Source: an uncultured virus (IMG/VR IMGVR_UViG_3300037467_002795)
Taxonomy: Duplodnaviria > Heunggongvirae > Uroviricota > Caudoviricetes
Strand: one strand, 5' to 3'
Virus record (IMG/VR): IMGVR_UViG_3300037467_002795
Length of the DNA stretch: 63,177 nt
This document shows positions 46,661-56,332 of the stretch, in pieces. The notes beneath the pieces were generated by a model. The model searched no databases. It saw only the letters and a list, made by a program, of their open reading frames with translations, and was not told the origin of the DNA. Every line of letters begins with the position of its first letter. Position 1 is the stretch's first letter. Both the position numbers and the translations under genes were made by a program.

Positions 46661-48478
46661 ATGGCTATGACAGCCTCGTATTCGCCCGAAGATAACAAAT
46701 GTCGCTTGTACGCCGACGGCCGACTTCCTCGTGAAACCTATGAGAGGGTCCGGGCCGCCGGTTTCATCTGGGCCGCCAAGCAACAGTTGTTTGTGGCTCC
46801 AGCCTGGACACCCGAGCGAGAGGACTTGCTGCTGGAGCTGTGCGGGGAAATCGGGGACGAAGACACTTCGCTCGTTGAGCGAGCCGAAGAGCGAGCCGAG
46901 CGATTCGAAATTTACAGTGAGAAGCGAGAAAACGAGGCCGAGCGGGCTCACGCGGCCGTCGAGCAGCTTGCGGACGGGATTCCGCTCGGGCAGCCGATTT
47001 TGGTCGGTCACCACCCGCAGCGACGAGCGCAGCGAGACAAAGAAAAAATCGAGGCCGGGCTCCGCAAGGCCGTCAACCTGTGGCGGGCATCGCAGTACTG
47101 GGAAGAACGAGCCCGCGGAGCATTGCAGCACGCCAAGTACAAGGAATTGCCGGCCGTTCGGTATCGGCGAATCAAGGGGCTGGAGGCCGACAAGCGGAAG
47201 CAGGAGCGAGTCCTGGCGGACTCTGAAAAATCGACGAAGTCGTGGTTGGCGGAAGGTCTGGAACTGACGCCTGAGCGGGCGTTAGCTATCGCCAACTATG
47301 ACCATATCTCGCGGTGCTTTCCGCTCGCCGAATATCCGAGGGAGTCGCCTGCCTCTCTGTACGAGGGCCAAATGTCCCTTTGGTCAGCTCTCGAAGACCA
47401 AATTATTACGCCCGACCAGGCCCGGGACATTGCCGTGAAGGCTCACGCGGCGACGGCTGTGAGGGCTCGGCGGTGGCTGGAGCACATCGAAAACCGGCTG
47501 CGGTACGAACGGGCGATGTTGGGAGAACAAGGTGGGATTGTGGCGAACAAGAGCAGGCCCGAGGTCGGGGGCGGGTGCAAGTGCTGGGCTTCTCCCCGCG
47601 GCGGCTGGTCCTTCGTCAAGAAAGTGAACAAGGTGTCGGTGACGGTCGAGGACAACTGGGGAAACGGCGGCAAAAACTTTACGCGGACTATCCCCTTTGA
47701 CAAGCTCACGGCCCTGATGAGCAAAGAAGAGGTCGAGACGAAGAGGGCCACGGGGGAATTGGTGGTAACGGAGGACGGGCGAGGTTACTTCGTGTCGTCT
47801 GCGACGACAGTCGGCAAAGCTGACGAGGACGAGGCCTCGCCAGTTGGCGGGAACGGAATTCCGGCAGGAGAAGGGTTAATAGGGGGGATTGGAAGTTTGC
47901 CACACTTCCCTACTCCTCTGCCGGAAAAGAACAAGTTCGAGGTCGCCGCAGAGGCCCTGCGAAACGGGGTCCAAACCGTCTCCGCCCCAAACCTGTTCCC
48001 GACCCCGCCCGACATCGCCCGGCAACTCGTGGGACTGGCGGACATCAGCGACGGGATGAGCGTGCTCGAACCCTCGGCCGGCACCGGAAACCTGGCCGAC
48101 GCCGTCATGCAGCACAGTAAGCCGGGGTCGCTCTGCCTGGTCGAGCTGAACAGCCAGCTGTGTGCTTTGCTGGCGAGCAAGGGCTACTCGGTGGTCCAGG
48201 GCGATTTTTTGGAGCAAAACGGCGATATCGGTCAATTCGACCGAGTCGTGATGAACCCGCCTTTTGACCACGGTCTGGACATCAAGCACGTCAGGCATGC
48301 CCTGACGAAGCTGAAGCCGGGCGGTCGACTGGTCTCGGTTATGGCGAACGGACCCCGACAGCGTGAGGCTTTCGAACCCGTCGCCACGACCTGGGTCGAC
48401 CTGCCGCCGGACTCGTTCAAACAGCAGGGGACGAGCGTGAACACGGCCATCGTCGTGCTGGACGCTTCGGCGGCTTGA
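46661..48478 (+). CDS. DUF3560-like domain fused to an amino (N6-adenine-type) DNA methyltransferase
   Basis: IPLGQPILVGHH N-terminal motif; FPTP, LEPSAGTG (motif I), MNPPF (motif IV). Confidence 0.85.
   Translation: MAMTASYSPEDNKCRLYADGRLPRETYERVRAAGFIWAAKQQLFVAPAWTPEREDLLLELCGEIGDEDTSLVERAEERAERFEIYSEKRENEAERAHAAVEQLADGIPLGQPILVGHHPQRRAQRDKEKIEAGLRKAVNLWRASQYWEERARGALQHAKYKELPAVRYRRIKGLEADKRKQERVLADSEKSTKSWLAEGLELTPERALAIANYDHISRCFPLAEYPRESPASLYEGQMSLWSALEDQIITPDQARDIAVKAHAATAVRARRWLEHIENRLRYERAMLGEQGGIVANKSRPEVGGGCKCWASPRGGWSFVKKVNKVSVTVEDNWGNGGKNFTRTIPFDKLTALMSKEEVETKRATGELVVTEDGRGYFVSSATTVGKADEDEASPVGGNGIPAGEGLIGGIGSLPHFPTPLPEKNKFEVAAEALRNGVQTVSAPNLFPTPPDIARQLVGLADISDGMSVLEPSAGTGNLADAVMQHSKPGSLCLVELNSQLCALLASKGYSVVQGDFLEQNGDIGQFDRVVMNPPFDHGLDIKHVRHALTKLKPGGRLVSVMANGPRQREAFEPVATTWVDLPPDSFKQQGTSVNTAIVVLDASAA
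47840..47926 (+). repeat. Composite element inserted in frame within a CDS
   Basis: GGAAC-GGA-ATTCC GGCAGGAGAAGGG TTAATAGGGGGGATTGGAAG ... CTCTGCCGGAA; the reading frame stays open. Confidence 0.85.
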
Positions 48479-48538
48479 CTTCGTCAAGTGGAGCAGGTCG
48501 GCTCCGCCGACGTAAGCTCCACTCACCAGGAAAAGAGG

Positions 48539-48703
48539 ATGGCCATGCTAGACAAGCTGCTGAACTGGTTAAGGCGACTCCTTGGGCTGGAGCTAATTTA
48601 TTGTCGGTCGTGTGGGTCTCGGCCGTCGTCTTGGAATCACCCAGAAGACGACTGTCCAGAAGATTGCTGGTCTGCGTACTACGGACTCCGAGACTCATTC
48701 TAA
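48539..48703 (+). CDS. Small hypothetical protein
   Basis: CRSC..C. Confidence 0.4.
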   Translation: MAMLDKLLNWLRRLLGLELIYCRSCGSRPSSWNHPEDDCPEDCWSAYYGLRDSF

Positions 48704-48712
48704 TGAAGGCTG

Positions 48713-48778
48713 TTCCGGCAGGGAAGTGGGCATGGGTCGTCCAAGCAATCCCCCCTATTGACCCTCTTCTGCCGGACC
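48713..48778. repeat. Composite element A + B' + A'
   Basis: TTCCGGCAGGGAAGTGGG..GCAATCCCCCCTATTGA..TTCTGCCGGACC. Confidence 0.88.
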
Positions 48779-48874
48779 TTCGCTCTTGCCAATATCCCCC
48801 TTTGCACCATCTCAAGTAACGACTCGCTGGCGAAAGCCTCGCGTAGCGAGTGACTAATTTAATGAGGAGTTTCC

Positions 48875-49639
48875 ATGCACCTGACTTTTGGTCGCGGCAA
48901 CTCGAAATTAGACCCCTCAATATACACGTTCAGCTTGCCGGCTGGCCACACTTGTCCCGGGGCCTCACTTTGTTTGACAAAGTCGAACCGGGCAACCGGT
49001 ACGATTCAGGACGGGGACAAAAGTGACCCACGCAGTTTTCGGTGTTATGCGGCGACGATGGAAGCGAGGTACAGGAGTGTTCGGGAAAGTCGCTGGAGTA
49101 ACCTTCGGTTACTCAGGAAGGCAAAAACAGAATCGAGAATGAGCCGACTTATTCTCACTTCCCTGCCGGAAAAGGCGGCTCTCGTTAGAGTCCACGATAG
49201 CGGCGATTTTTTCTCCGAGGTATACTTAAAAGCATGGCTGGCGGTCGCCCGAGCCCGTCCTCAGACTCGGTTTTATTGGTACTCAAAGAGCATCGAGTTC
49301 TGGGTTCGGCACCTGGAGGAACTCGGGACCGGGCACGAGCCAGGCCGGGTGGCGAACGTGGTGCCCACGGCGAGTTTGGGTGGTCGGTGTGACGAGCTTG
49401 CTCGTCAGCACGGGTTGAGAACTGCTCAGGTGGTTTTCAGCGAAGACGAAGCCGAGAATCTTAGACTCATAATCGACCATAATGACAGCCTCGCCATGCG
49501 ACACGGACCCGACTTCGCCCTCCTGCTGCACGCCACGCAGCCGGCCGGGACGTCCGCGGCGGCGGCACACCGGGAGCTGAAGGCGAAAGGTTGGACGGGA
49601 TACGCCAAGGAGCGAAGAGTGCCACTGGCCTTGGCCTAG
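48875..49639 (+). CDS. GP88-like phage protein (radical-SAM-related Cys cluster)
   Basis: GNSKL..FSLPAGHTCPGA..C..CYA..RVHDSGDF..YSKS. Confidence 0.7.
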   Translation: MHLTFGRGNSKLDPSIYTFSLPAGHTCPGASLCLTKSNRATGTIQDGDKSDPRSFRCYAATMEARYRSVRESRWSNLRLLRKAKTESRMSRLILTSLPEKAALVRVHDSGDFFSEVYLKAWLAVARARPQTRFYWYSKSIEFWVRHLEELGTGHEPGRVANVVPTASLGGRCDELARQHGLRTAQVVFSEDEAENLRLIIDHNDSLAMRHGPDFALLLHATQPAGTSAAAAHRELKAKGWTGYAKERRVPLALA

Positions 49640-49752
49640 TGGACTCCGCCCATGTCGGCGAAGCCGACTTTCCGAAAAGTCGCCGGGCTCCTCTTGCGGG
49701 GAGCCCACTTCATTTAATAGTGTAGTTAACAGCCACGACGAAAGACCTAGTC

Positions 49753-50106
49753 ATGCTGTCGCAATGTCCAGTCTGCACCCGCCAAGTCGCCCACGGCGAG
49801 AAAATCGCGAGAACCACGGCCGGAATCTGGTGCCACACGGCCTGCGCGACGGGAGATGGCCCGACCATCGCGGGTCCCATCATTACTAATCACCTGCACT
49901 ATTATGTGAGCGTCGGCGACCCAGAAAACAGTTGCAAACGAGGGGTCTTACTCGGGCCGTTCCCCGACTACGACGAGGCGAATCGCAATGTGAATAAAGG
50001 CCGGGAACTTGCCCAGAAGGCGGACCCGTGGGCGGCTTTTTGCATGTTCGGAGTTTGCAGTTCGAACCACTTGCTAAAGACAGTTTTTGACCACACACAA
50101 GATTAG
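49753..50106 (+). CDS. Hypothetical protein with N-terminal Zn finger
   Basis: CPVC..H..C. Confidence 0.55.
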   Translation: MLSQCPVCTRQVAHGEKIARTTAGIWCHTACATGDGPTIAGPIITNHLHYYVSVGDPENSCKRGVLLGPFPDYDEANRNVNKGRELAQKADPWAAFCMFGVCSSNHLLKTVFDHTQD

Positions 50107-50126
50107 GAAATATCGCTTGCGACAGC

Positions 50127-50768
50127 GTGAGCGACCAAAGGGAGCGAACAATCGAAAGGAGCGGAGCGAACTTGAGATTCAACCATAACTTGCTCGTGTT
50201 CGACATCGAAACCACGGACCCTCGCGAGGACGGTCCGCCGGCCATTATTGAGATTGGGGCCGTCATGCTCGGCGGCGATTTGGAGCAGCTCGGCAGGTTT
50301 CAATCTTTTGTGTTCCCGGGGCGACCCGTTTCGGACCGCATCCTGGAACTTACGGCGATAAACAAAGAAGACCTGGAGCGAGCCGACGGATGGTTGGTTG
50401 TTGCACAACGGTTCGAAAACTGGGTGAGTTCCTATCGGAATCCTCAAAAGGTCCGATTGACCACTTGGGGCATGTACGACGTGGGCTGTCTTCGACAACA
50501 CTATGAAGGATACGAGCGGCCTTATCCTTTTGCCGGAAGCAGTCTGGATGTTAAGACTGCGGCGACCATGTGGTGTGCGTTGAGCGGCCAACGAACTGAC
50601 CCCTTGGGCCTGGCAAAGGCCGCCGAATATTTGGGGCTCAAATGGACGGGGGTTCAGCACCGTGCTTTGGCGGACGCCGAAATGACCGCGGCGGTGTTCA
50701 GGAAAGTTATGGAGGATGTCGGCGGAGGCGTTTGGCTTAACAAACAGTATGTAAAGGTTAGCTTTTAG
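50127..50768 (+). CDS. DEDDh 3'-5' exonuclease
   Basis: VFDIETT, IIEIGAV, WGMYD, HRALADA. Confidence 0.9.
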   Translation: MSDQRERTIERSGANLRFNHNLLVFDIETTDPREDGPPAIIEIGAVMLGGDLEQLGRFQSFVFPGRPVSDRILELTAINKEDLERADGWLVVAQRFENWVSSYRNPQKVRLTTWGMYDVGCLRQHYEGYERPYPFAGSSLDVKTAATMWCALSGQRTDPLGLAKAAEYLGLKWTGVQHRALADAEMTAAVFRKVMEDVGGGVWLNKQYVKVSF

Positions 50769-50781
50769 AAGGGAGTTCAAA

Positions 50782-51093
50782 GTGCGATTTTACGAATTGG
50801 CAGTACGGCTTCGTCGAGATAAAGACCCGTCTTCGGGTCACTATTTACATAGTCGCTTTGTGTGCCAGGACCACTGCGGCCGGTTTTATGTGGGGTTCGA
50901 GCCCATGCCGATTGCTTCGCATAAGGTGGGCATGGCGACGGGTTCGTGTTATGCCCAGATGACCGATGTTGAGTGTGTCGAAGTTCGTGTTGCCGAACGC
51001 GATAGCGTTAAATTCGACTCAAAGGAGGACCCGTGGAACTCGACAAACCCATCACCATCCAAGACGTTTTGTCTTTGGTTCATGGCCTGCTGA
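50782..51093 (+). CDS. Hypothetical protein
   Basis: GGGAG RBS. Confidence 0.4.
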   Translation: MRFYELAVRLRRDKDPSSGHYLHSRFVCQDHCGRFYVGFEPMPIASHKVGMATGSCYAQMTDVECVEVRVAERDSVKFDSKEDPWNSTNPSPSKTFCLWFMAC

Positions 51094-51290
51094 ATTTTCC
51101 CTACCCCCGGATTTGCCGCCATGCGGTCGCAAGCAACCTTCTGTCAGAACTCGAAGCGAGAGGCTGGAAGTGTCCGCCTGAATTGGAGGAGGCGGTCGTC
51201 CGATGTCAGGATGATGACGCAATCGCCATAATCGACAGGCTTGTTGGCGAAGCCGACGGGACCGGAGGTCCGGCAGGAGAGGTTAAGTAG
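51033..51290 (+). CDS. Hypothetical protein ending in a repeat element
   Basis: AGGAGG RBS; C-terminus VGEADGTGGPAGEVK* is encoded by the hairpins plus motif A. Confidence 0.55.
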   Translation: MELDKPITIQDVLSLVHGLLNFPYPRICRHAVASNLLSELEARGWKCPPELEEAVVRCQDDDAIAIIDRLVGEADGTGGPAGEVK

Positions 51291-51315
51291 GAACGCCCTC
51301 CCTTCCCTGCCGGAA
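51243..51315. repeat. Composite element: two hairpins + A + A'
   Basis: GTTGGC-GAA-GCCGAC, GGACC-GGA-GGTCC, GGCAGGAGAGG ... CCTTCCCTGCCGGAA. Confidence 0.88.
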
Positions 51316-51365
51316 CTTTGTTATTGATAGTTCAGCTGGCCACCAGAGTATTTCGAGGAACAATC

Positions 51366-51611
51366 ATGGCCCACTGGCGTGAAAAACTGGACATCAAGCA
51401 ATTTTTACAGGGCGATTCTCTTCCTCCTGACGAGCCCGTTCCTGTGGAATTGGTCACGCAAGTTCGGGAGGAAATCAAGAAGAGTAGGCTACTGCCCGTC
51501 GCCTCATTGCTAGAAGAGCTCGACTATGTGGCTACGGTCGAGGATTTTGATAACTGGCTCGAGGAACTTTACAACGAGGCGGATGCAAAGCGTGTGTGGT
51601 TGGGTCTGTAA
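51366..51611 (+). CDS. Small acidic hypothetical protein
   Basis: GAGGA RBS; FDNWLEELYNEADAKRVWL. Confidence 0.6.
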   Translation: MAHWREKLDIKQFLQGDSLPPDEPVPVELVTQVREEIKKSRLLPVASLLEELDYVATVEDFDNWLEELYNEADAKRVWLGL

Positions 51612-51631
51612 ATCGAAACAAGGAGCCAATA

Positions 51632-52630
51632 ATGAGTCCAAAAGATGTGGCGATTACGCTATCAAGTTTAATTAATTCTCTTAAGTCTGTCTTTCTGTGG
51701 GGTCCGCCGGGCGTAGGTAAAAGCAGCGTCGTTAAGCAAGTCGCCAACGAGCTCGGCCATCGGCTTATCGACGTGCGGGCAAGCCTGTTGGACCCCGTGG
51801 ACCTTCGCGGGCTTCCGAGCGTGGCCGGCGGAATCACTCGGTGGAATCCTCCGGAATTCCTGCCCCAGGATAACGAGCCCACCATCCTGTTTCTGGACGA
51901 ACTCCCGCAGGCCCCGCCCCTGGTCCAGTCGTCTTTACTTCAGCTGATTCTCGACCGCCGCCTGGGTGAGTATTCGGCCCCGTCCAAGACCTACATCATG
52001 GCGGCAGGAAACCGGGCAGAAGACCGGACGGGTTCGCATAGGCTATCATCGGCCCTCTTGAATCGCTTCATTCATATTGACTTTGAGATGTCGAACGAGG
52101 ACTGGCAGGAGTGGGCTGCCGCGAATGGTGTGGCCCCGGAAATCCGGGCTTTTTTGCGGCTGAGGTCACACCTGCTGTTTGATTTTAAACCCGAGAGTAA
52201 CCCCCGGAGCTTCCCGACCCCCCGGACCTGGGCGTATGTCAGTGAAATTTTGCATGTGACCCCGGCTCACCTCCAGCAGTCCGTCGTGGCCGGATGTGTC
52301 GGGGACGGGCCGGCGGCCGAGTTCATGGGGTTCCTGAAGCTGTACCAGCAACTGCCGGACATTGACCAGGTGCTCACGAATCCCAAGACAACTCCGGTTC
52401 CGAAGGAGCCATCGGTGCTGTACGCCCTGGTGTCCGCTCTCGCGGACACGTTGAAAAAGAAGAAGAGCCTGGCTAATGCTTATGTGCAATTTGCGACCAG
52501 GTTGCCTGATGAATTCAGTATGCTCGCTCTTCGCGAGGCCCTTTCGGTGGACAAGATGCTGATTACGAACCCCCTGGTTTCACAGTGGGTGAATACGGCA
52601 CGGGCCAAAGGTATGTTTGCCGGTGCCTAA
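51632..52630 (+). CDS. MoxR-type AAA+ ATPase
   Basis: GPPGVGKS, ILFLDE, AAGN, ALLNRF, PTPRTW. Confidence 0.9.
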   Translation: MSPKDVAITLSSLINSLKSVFLWGPPGVGKSSVVKQVANELGHRLIDVRASLLDPVDLRGLPSVAGGITRWNPPEFLPQDNEPTILFLDELPQAPPLVQSSLLQLILDRRLGEYSAPSKTYIMAAGNRAEDRTGSHRLSSALLNRFIHIDFEMSNEDWQEWAAANGVAPEIRAFLRLRSHLLFDFKPESNPRSFPTPRTWAYVSEILHVTPAHLQQSVVAGCVGDGPAAEFMGFLKLYQQLPDIDQVLTNPKTTPVPKEPSVLYALVSALADTLKKKKSLANAYVQFATRLPDEFSMLALREALSVDKMLITNPLVSQWVNTARAKGMFAGA

Positions 52631-52719
52631 CGGCACCGTGGAAAGACTCAATATAAGAATAGTTTCTGTGAGGAACAAACCTCGCCCGCTTCTCGAACCC
52701 TTACCTCTAGGTAACAAAA

Positions 52720-53604
52720 ATGGTTATTGGCAAGATTAACCCGACCGGCCTTATCACGTTCTGGTCACTTTCGGAATACTCGAATCGCGAGAAACTGATG
52801 GGGGCATGGTCCCCCCTCGGACTCGGCAAGTTGGTGCCGGAACCGCGACCTGCGGTCACCTGCTTGAAGGATGCCATGATTGAGGTCGTCGGGTCCTCGA
52901 AGAACCTAGTGCGACCTCTGGCCTCGCGGACCGGCTTCGTGGTGGTCAACGAGACGCGGGGGACCGAGGAGAACCAGTACCAACCGCGGTTTTCGGCTCG
53001 GGTCACCGAGGGTATCAACAAGCCTTTGTTCTCGATTGATACCGAGGAGACCCGCAAGGTCGAGGAGAGTTTCTACAAGCATCTGGGCCGGCTCCGCAAC
53101 ACGCAAGTCACGGCCGCCCTGGTTGCCGCCGTATCGCAACTGGGTGGAACTCGCCTGCGGCCTTCGGGCGGCATCTACTGGTTGGCCGGAGACAGGCTGG
53201 AGGCCTGGGAGCAGCTGGCCGCAGGAGCGACCGACGCAGCAGAAGATGGCCAAAACACAATCTATCTTTTGAAACACGATTTGGACGCCTCGGCGGTTAC
53301 CGCCGTAAAGGATGCCATCGTGGCCGAAATCGAGTACGAGACGAACCGACTAGTGACCGAACTCCGCGAGGGAGACCTGGGCCGTCGGGCGGTCGAGTCT
53401 CGGAAGCGTGAAGCCGCGGCTTTGCGGGACAAAGTGAGTGAGTACGAAAGCATCCTGAACGTGGGCCTTGAACACCTCCGCAAACACCTGGACGCGGTCG
53501 ACCAGACGGCCGCTCTGTCGGCCCTGTTGTTGGCGGCGGACTTGGAATCGGCCGACCAGGAAGACGCGAGCGGGAAGGAGGTGCGAGATGCCGTCACGGT
53601 GTGA
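52720..53604 (+). CDS. Hypothetical protein of the AAA/VWA module
   Basis: LRPSGGIYW motif; lies between the AAA and VWA genes. Confidence 0.65.
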   Translation: MVIGKINPTGLITFWSLSEYSNREKLMGAWSPLGLGKLVPEPRPAVTCLKDAMIEVVGSSKNLVRPLASRTGFVVVNETRGTEENQYQPRFSARVTEGINKPLFSIDTEETRKVEESFYKHLGRLRNTQVTAALVAAVSQLGGTRLRPSGGIYWLAGDRLEAWEQLAAGATDAAEDGQNTIYLLKHDLDASAVTAVKDAIVAEIEYETNRLVTELREGDLGRRAVESRKREAAALRDKVSEYESILNVGLEHLRKHLDAVDQTAALSALLLAADLESADQEDASGKEVRDAVTV

Positions 53605-54880
53605 TTCGGGTTCGGAGAACCCGTTCGGAGCCCTCGAAGAACTTGCGGCACGCCAACAAGCCGCCGACAAGGCGAAGTTGGCCATCACGGCGGCCCGAGC
53701 CCGCTTGCTGCTCGGGCGAGACGCCAAAAGCGTGTTCTTCGCGACCCTGGCCTTGCGGCTGAAGGTGGAGGAGGACTGGACCTGCGAGACGGCGTGGGTC
53801 GACGGCAAGACTTTGGGCTACAACCCCAGCTTCATTAGTGGTCTGACGCTGGACGAGGTGGTCGGGGTACTCGTCCACGAGACGTTACACGTCGGATTGG
53901 CCCACCATGTGCGGCGAGGGGACAGGGACCCGACCAAATTCAACGAAGCAGCAGACCTGGCCGCCAATTCCATCATGAAAGGAGCGAGCTTTAAACTGCC
54001 GAAAGGAGCGTTGTTTCCCGGCGAGGGTAAGTACAAAGATTTTGCGTCCGACTTGTCTGCCGAGGAGTATTATGTAATGTTGCCGCCGGACCCACCACCG
54101 AGCGAGAGCAATGACGGTCAGGGTGACGGAGGCGGAAACGGCGAAGGTCAGGATGAAAACGTGAGCGACAGCGTGCGACCGGGTCGGGACCCGGGGCGCA
54201 CAGGGGAGGTCCGAGACCCCGGCCAGGGCAGTCCCGCAGAGAAGGCGGACGCCAAAGCCGATTGGGAAGTGGCGGTCGCCCAGGCCGAGCAGGCAGCCAA
54301 GCAGAGAGGCCCCCTTCCTGCCGGACTAGCCCGAATGGTGGACCAGGTGTTGAGGACGCCCGCCGACTGGCGGGCTATTCTGCGAGAGTTCGTTTCCCAA
54401 CAAGCCCGCAACGATTTCAGTTGGAGCAAACCGAACAGGCGGTTTATCGCCCAGGGGCTGTACCTGCCCGGTTTGCACAGCGAGGAGCTCGGTGAAGTGG
54501 TCATCATGGTGGACTGCTCGGGGTCTGTCGGCCCGAACGAGCTGGCCATGTTCGGTTCGGAAATCGACGGGATTCTGTCCAGCTACGAATGTGAAGCGAC
54601 CATCCTCTATCACGACGTGGAAGTGGTTGGGGTCGAGCACTGGCGGTCGTCGGACGGCCCGCTAAAGCTGGAGCCTGTCGGGGGCGGGGGCACGTCGCAC
54701 CGCCCGGCGTTCGACTGGGTGAGCGGAGCTCACCAGGGAAGTGGAGCAGCATGTGTGGTTGCCCTGACCGACCTCTACACGGAGTTTCCTCGTCAAGCAC
54801 CAGATGTTCCGGTCTTATGGGCGGTGGTCGGAAACAAGGGGGCCGAGGCTCCTTTTGGTCGGATTATTCATTTGGACTAA
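53588..54880 (+). CDS. HExxH metallopeptidase-like + VWA domain protein (DUF2201-like)
   Basis: HETLH, N.A.D, MIDAS DCSGS, GGGT, LTD. Confidence 0.88.
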   Translation: MPSRCDSGSENPFGALEELAARQQAADKAKLAITAARARLLLGRDAKSVFFATLALRLKVEEDWTCETAWVDGKTLGYNPSFISGLTLDEVVGVLVHETLHVGLAHHVRRGDRDPTKFNEAADLAANSIMKGASFKLPKGALFPGEGKYKDFASDLSAEEYYVMLPPDPPPSESNDGQGDGGGNGEGQDENVSDSVRPGRDPGRTGEVRDPGQGSPAEKADAKADWEVAVAQAEQAAKQRGPLPAGLARMVDQVLRTPADWRAILREFVSQQARNDFSWSKPNRRFIAQGLYLPGLHSEELGEVVIMVDCSGSVGPNELAMFGSEIDGILSSYECEATILYHDVEVVGVEHWRSSDGPLKLEPVGGGGTSHRPAFDWVSGAHQGSGAACVVALTDLYTEFPRQAPDVPVLWAVVGNKGAEAPFGRIIHLD

Positions 54881-54901
54881 GGCATTAATAGGGAGGATTG
54901 C

Positions 54902-55339
54902 ATGGATATGTACACCGGTCTTCGGGCGTCGGTCGTCGTCAAGCCCGAATGGCGAGCGGCCATCGGCCTTTTGCACGAAACGGAAGCAGATGACCGTTGG
55001 CGGCGAGTATTTGATTCCTTCCCGGCAATTCCGGGTCTGAACAAGTGGGTCGAAGTTTGGCGGCGGGATTATATCCCATTCGGCGACCTGGCTTATATGC
55101 CAGAGGACTTTAGCGAGGCTGAAGACAGAGAATCCTACTCGACATACGAATTCGCCAGCGGCAAATGGACCTTTTGTTGTTCGCTGAAGAACTACGAAAA
55201 TGAAATTAAAATTTTCGTCGAAAACGTTCTTGCCCACATCGTGGAACGGGTCGAATATTGCGAGTCTCTCTATGAAGACTATCCGCCGGGTGACTGGCGG
55301 AAGTGGACCACAAGATGGCTTAAGGAGGGGAACGTATGA
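54902..55339 (+). CDS. Hypothetical protein
   Basis: MYTGLR..CSLKNYENEI; the start lies in motif B. Confidence 0.65.
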   Translation: MDMYTGLRASVVVKPEWRAAIGLLHETEADDRWRRVFDSFPAIPGLNKWVEVWRRDYIPFGDLAYMPEDFSEAEDRESYSTYEFASGKWTFCCSLKNYENEIKIFVENVLAHIVERVEYCESLYEDYPPGDWRKWTTRWLKEGNV

Positions 55340-55650
55340 AGTGGAAGTTGTTGTTCAAGGCCCCGGGCGGCCACCGGTATTTCGAAGCCGAAGACGGTCG
55401 CGTTGCCGTCGCGGATGATTCGGGAGCGACCCCGGACAAAACCGAAGACGGAGTGCTGTACCTGGACAAGAGTCGACCTATCAAGATGGGGAAATTCGGG
55501 TCAATCCCGGTCCTCACGGAAGAAGGTGAACAAACGTCTGTTCTGGAAGTGGCGGAAGGTGCCATTTTGGTTGCAAACCGGTTCAAAATGTTGATTAATG
55601 CCGGCCAGCAGCACTTCGACGTTGCCCCGGTGATGGAGATGCCGTCCTGA
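55336..55650 (+). CDS. Hypothetical protein
   Basis: AAGGAGG RBS. Confidence 0.6.
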   Translation: MKWKLLFKAPGGHRYFEAEDGRVAVADDSGATPDKTEDGVLYLDKSRPIKMGKFGSIPVLTEEGEQTSVLEVAEGAILVANRFKMLINAGQQHFDVAPVMEMPS

Positions 55651-55692
55651 GTCACTCTTGTGCTTGCTTTTTGTGTCTAACTGGAGAAAAGC

Positions 55693-55956
55693 ATGGCTAA
55701 CGGAAATTCGAGTGGCGGGATGGGACTGGGTGGGTTCTTGATGGGTGGCCTGACGATTTTGTTCGTCGGGCTGAAGCTGGGCGGTGTCATTGATTGGGAC
55801 TGGCTATGGGTGCTCGCACCTCTCTGGCTACCCATCGTGGCAGTAATCGGGATTTTCCTTGCCAGCGTAGTTTTGGTCGCCATCGGGGCGAGCATTTATT
55901 ATCTGTGCGGGGCTCTGGCGGGCTATTTATCCGACCGCAAACGGACTATTCGCTAA
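55693..55956 (+). CDS. Small membrane protein
   Basis: LTILFVGLKLGGVIDWDWLWVLAPLW motif, common in phage membrane proteins. Confidence 0.75.
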   Translation: MANGNSSGGMGLGGFLMGGLTILFVGLKLGGVIDWDWLWVLAPLWLPIVAVIGIFLASVVLVAIGASIYYLCGALAGYLSDRKRTIR

Positions 55957-55963
55957 AGTAGAT

Positions 55964-56087
55964 AGTCGGTTTCACCGACAGAAGCGTAATTCCGGCAGGG
56001 AAGGGACACAGGGGTGATTGGCGGGTGGAGTTTCAGCGAGCGAAGCGGACCATGCAATCCCCCCTATTGGCCCCTACCCTGCCGGAA
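55964..56087. repeat. Composite element: hairpin + A + B' + A'
   Basis: GTCGGT-TTC-ACCGAC .. TTCCGGCAGGGAAGGG .. GCAATCCCCCCTATTGG .. CCCTGCCGGAA. Confidence 0.88.
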
Positions 56088-56128
56088 TTTTACCTATTCG
56101 CTTCTTTAGTCCCTTAAAAATAAAACAA

Positions 56129-56332
56129 ATGCCAACCCGCGAGATGGTTCTGTTTGTGTTCGTTCCCCTGAGTGGGGGTCTAATTTCACTCTGGTTTGGC
56201 TACAGATTTAGCCATATCGCACCACCCGTGCGTCTGCTAATTTCATTTTGCGCCGCGGGCATCTACGGCTGGCTAATGGCTCATCTTTATAACAAGCTGG
56301 AGGCTTGGAATGGCCGCCGAAAAGCTTCTTGA
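56129..56332 (+). CDS. Small membrane protein
   Basis: Two hydrophobic segments. Confidence 0.5.
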   Translation: MPTREMVLFVFVPLSGGLISLWFGYRFSHIAPPVRLLISFCAAGIYGWLMAHLYNKLEAWNGRRKAS

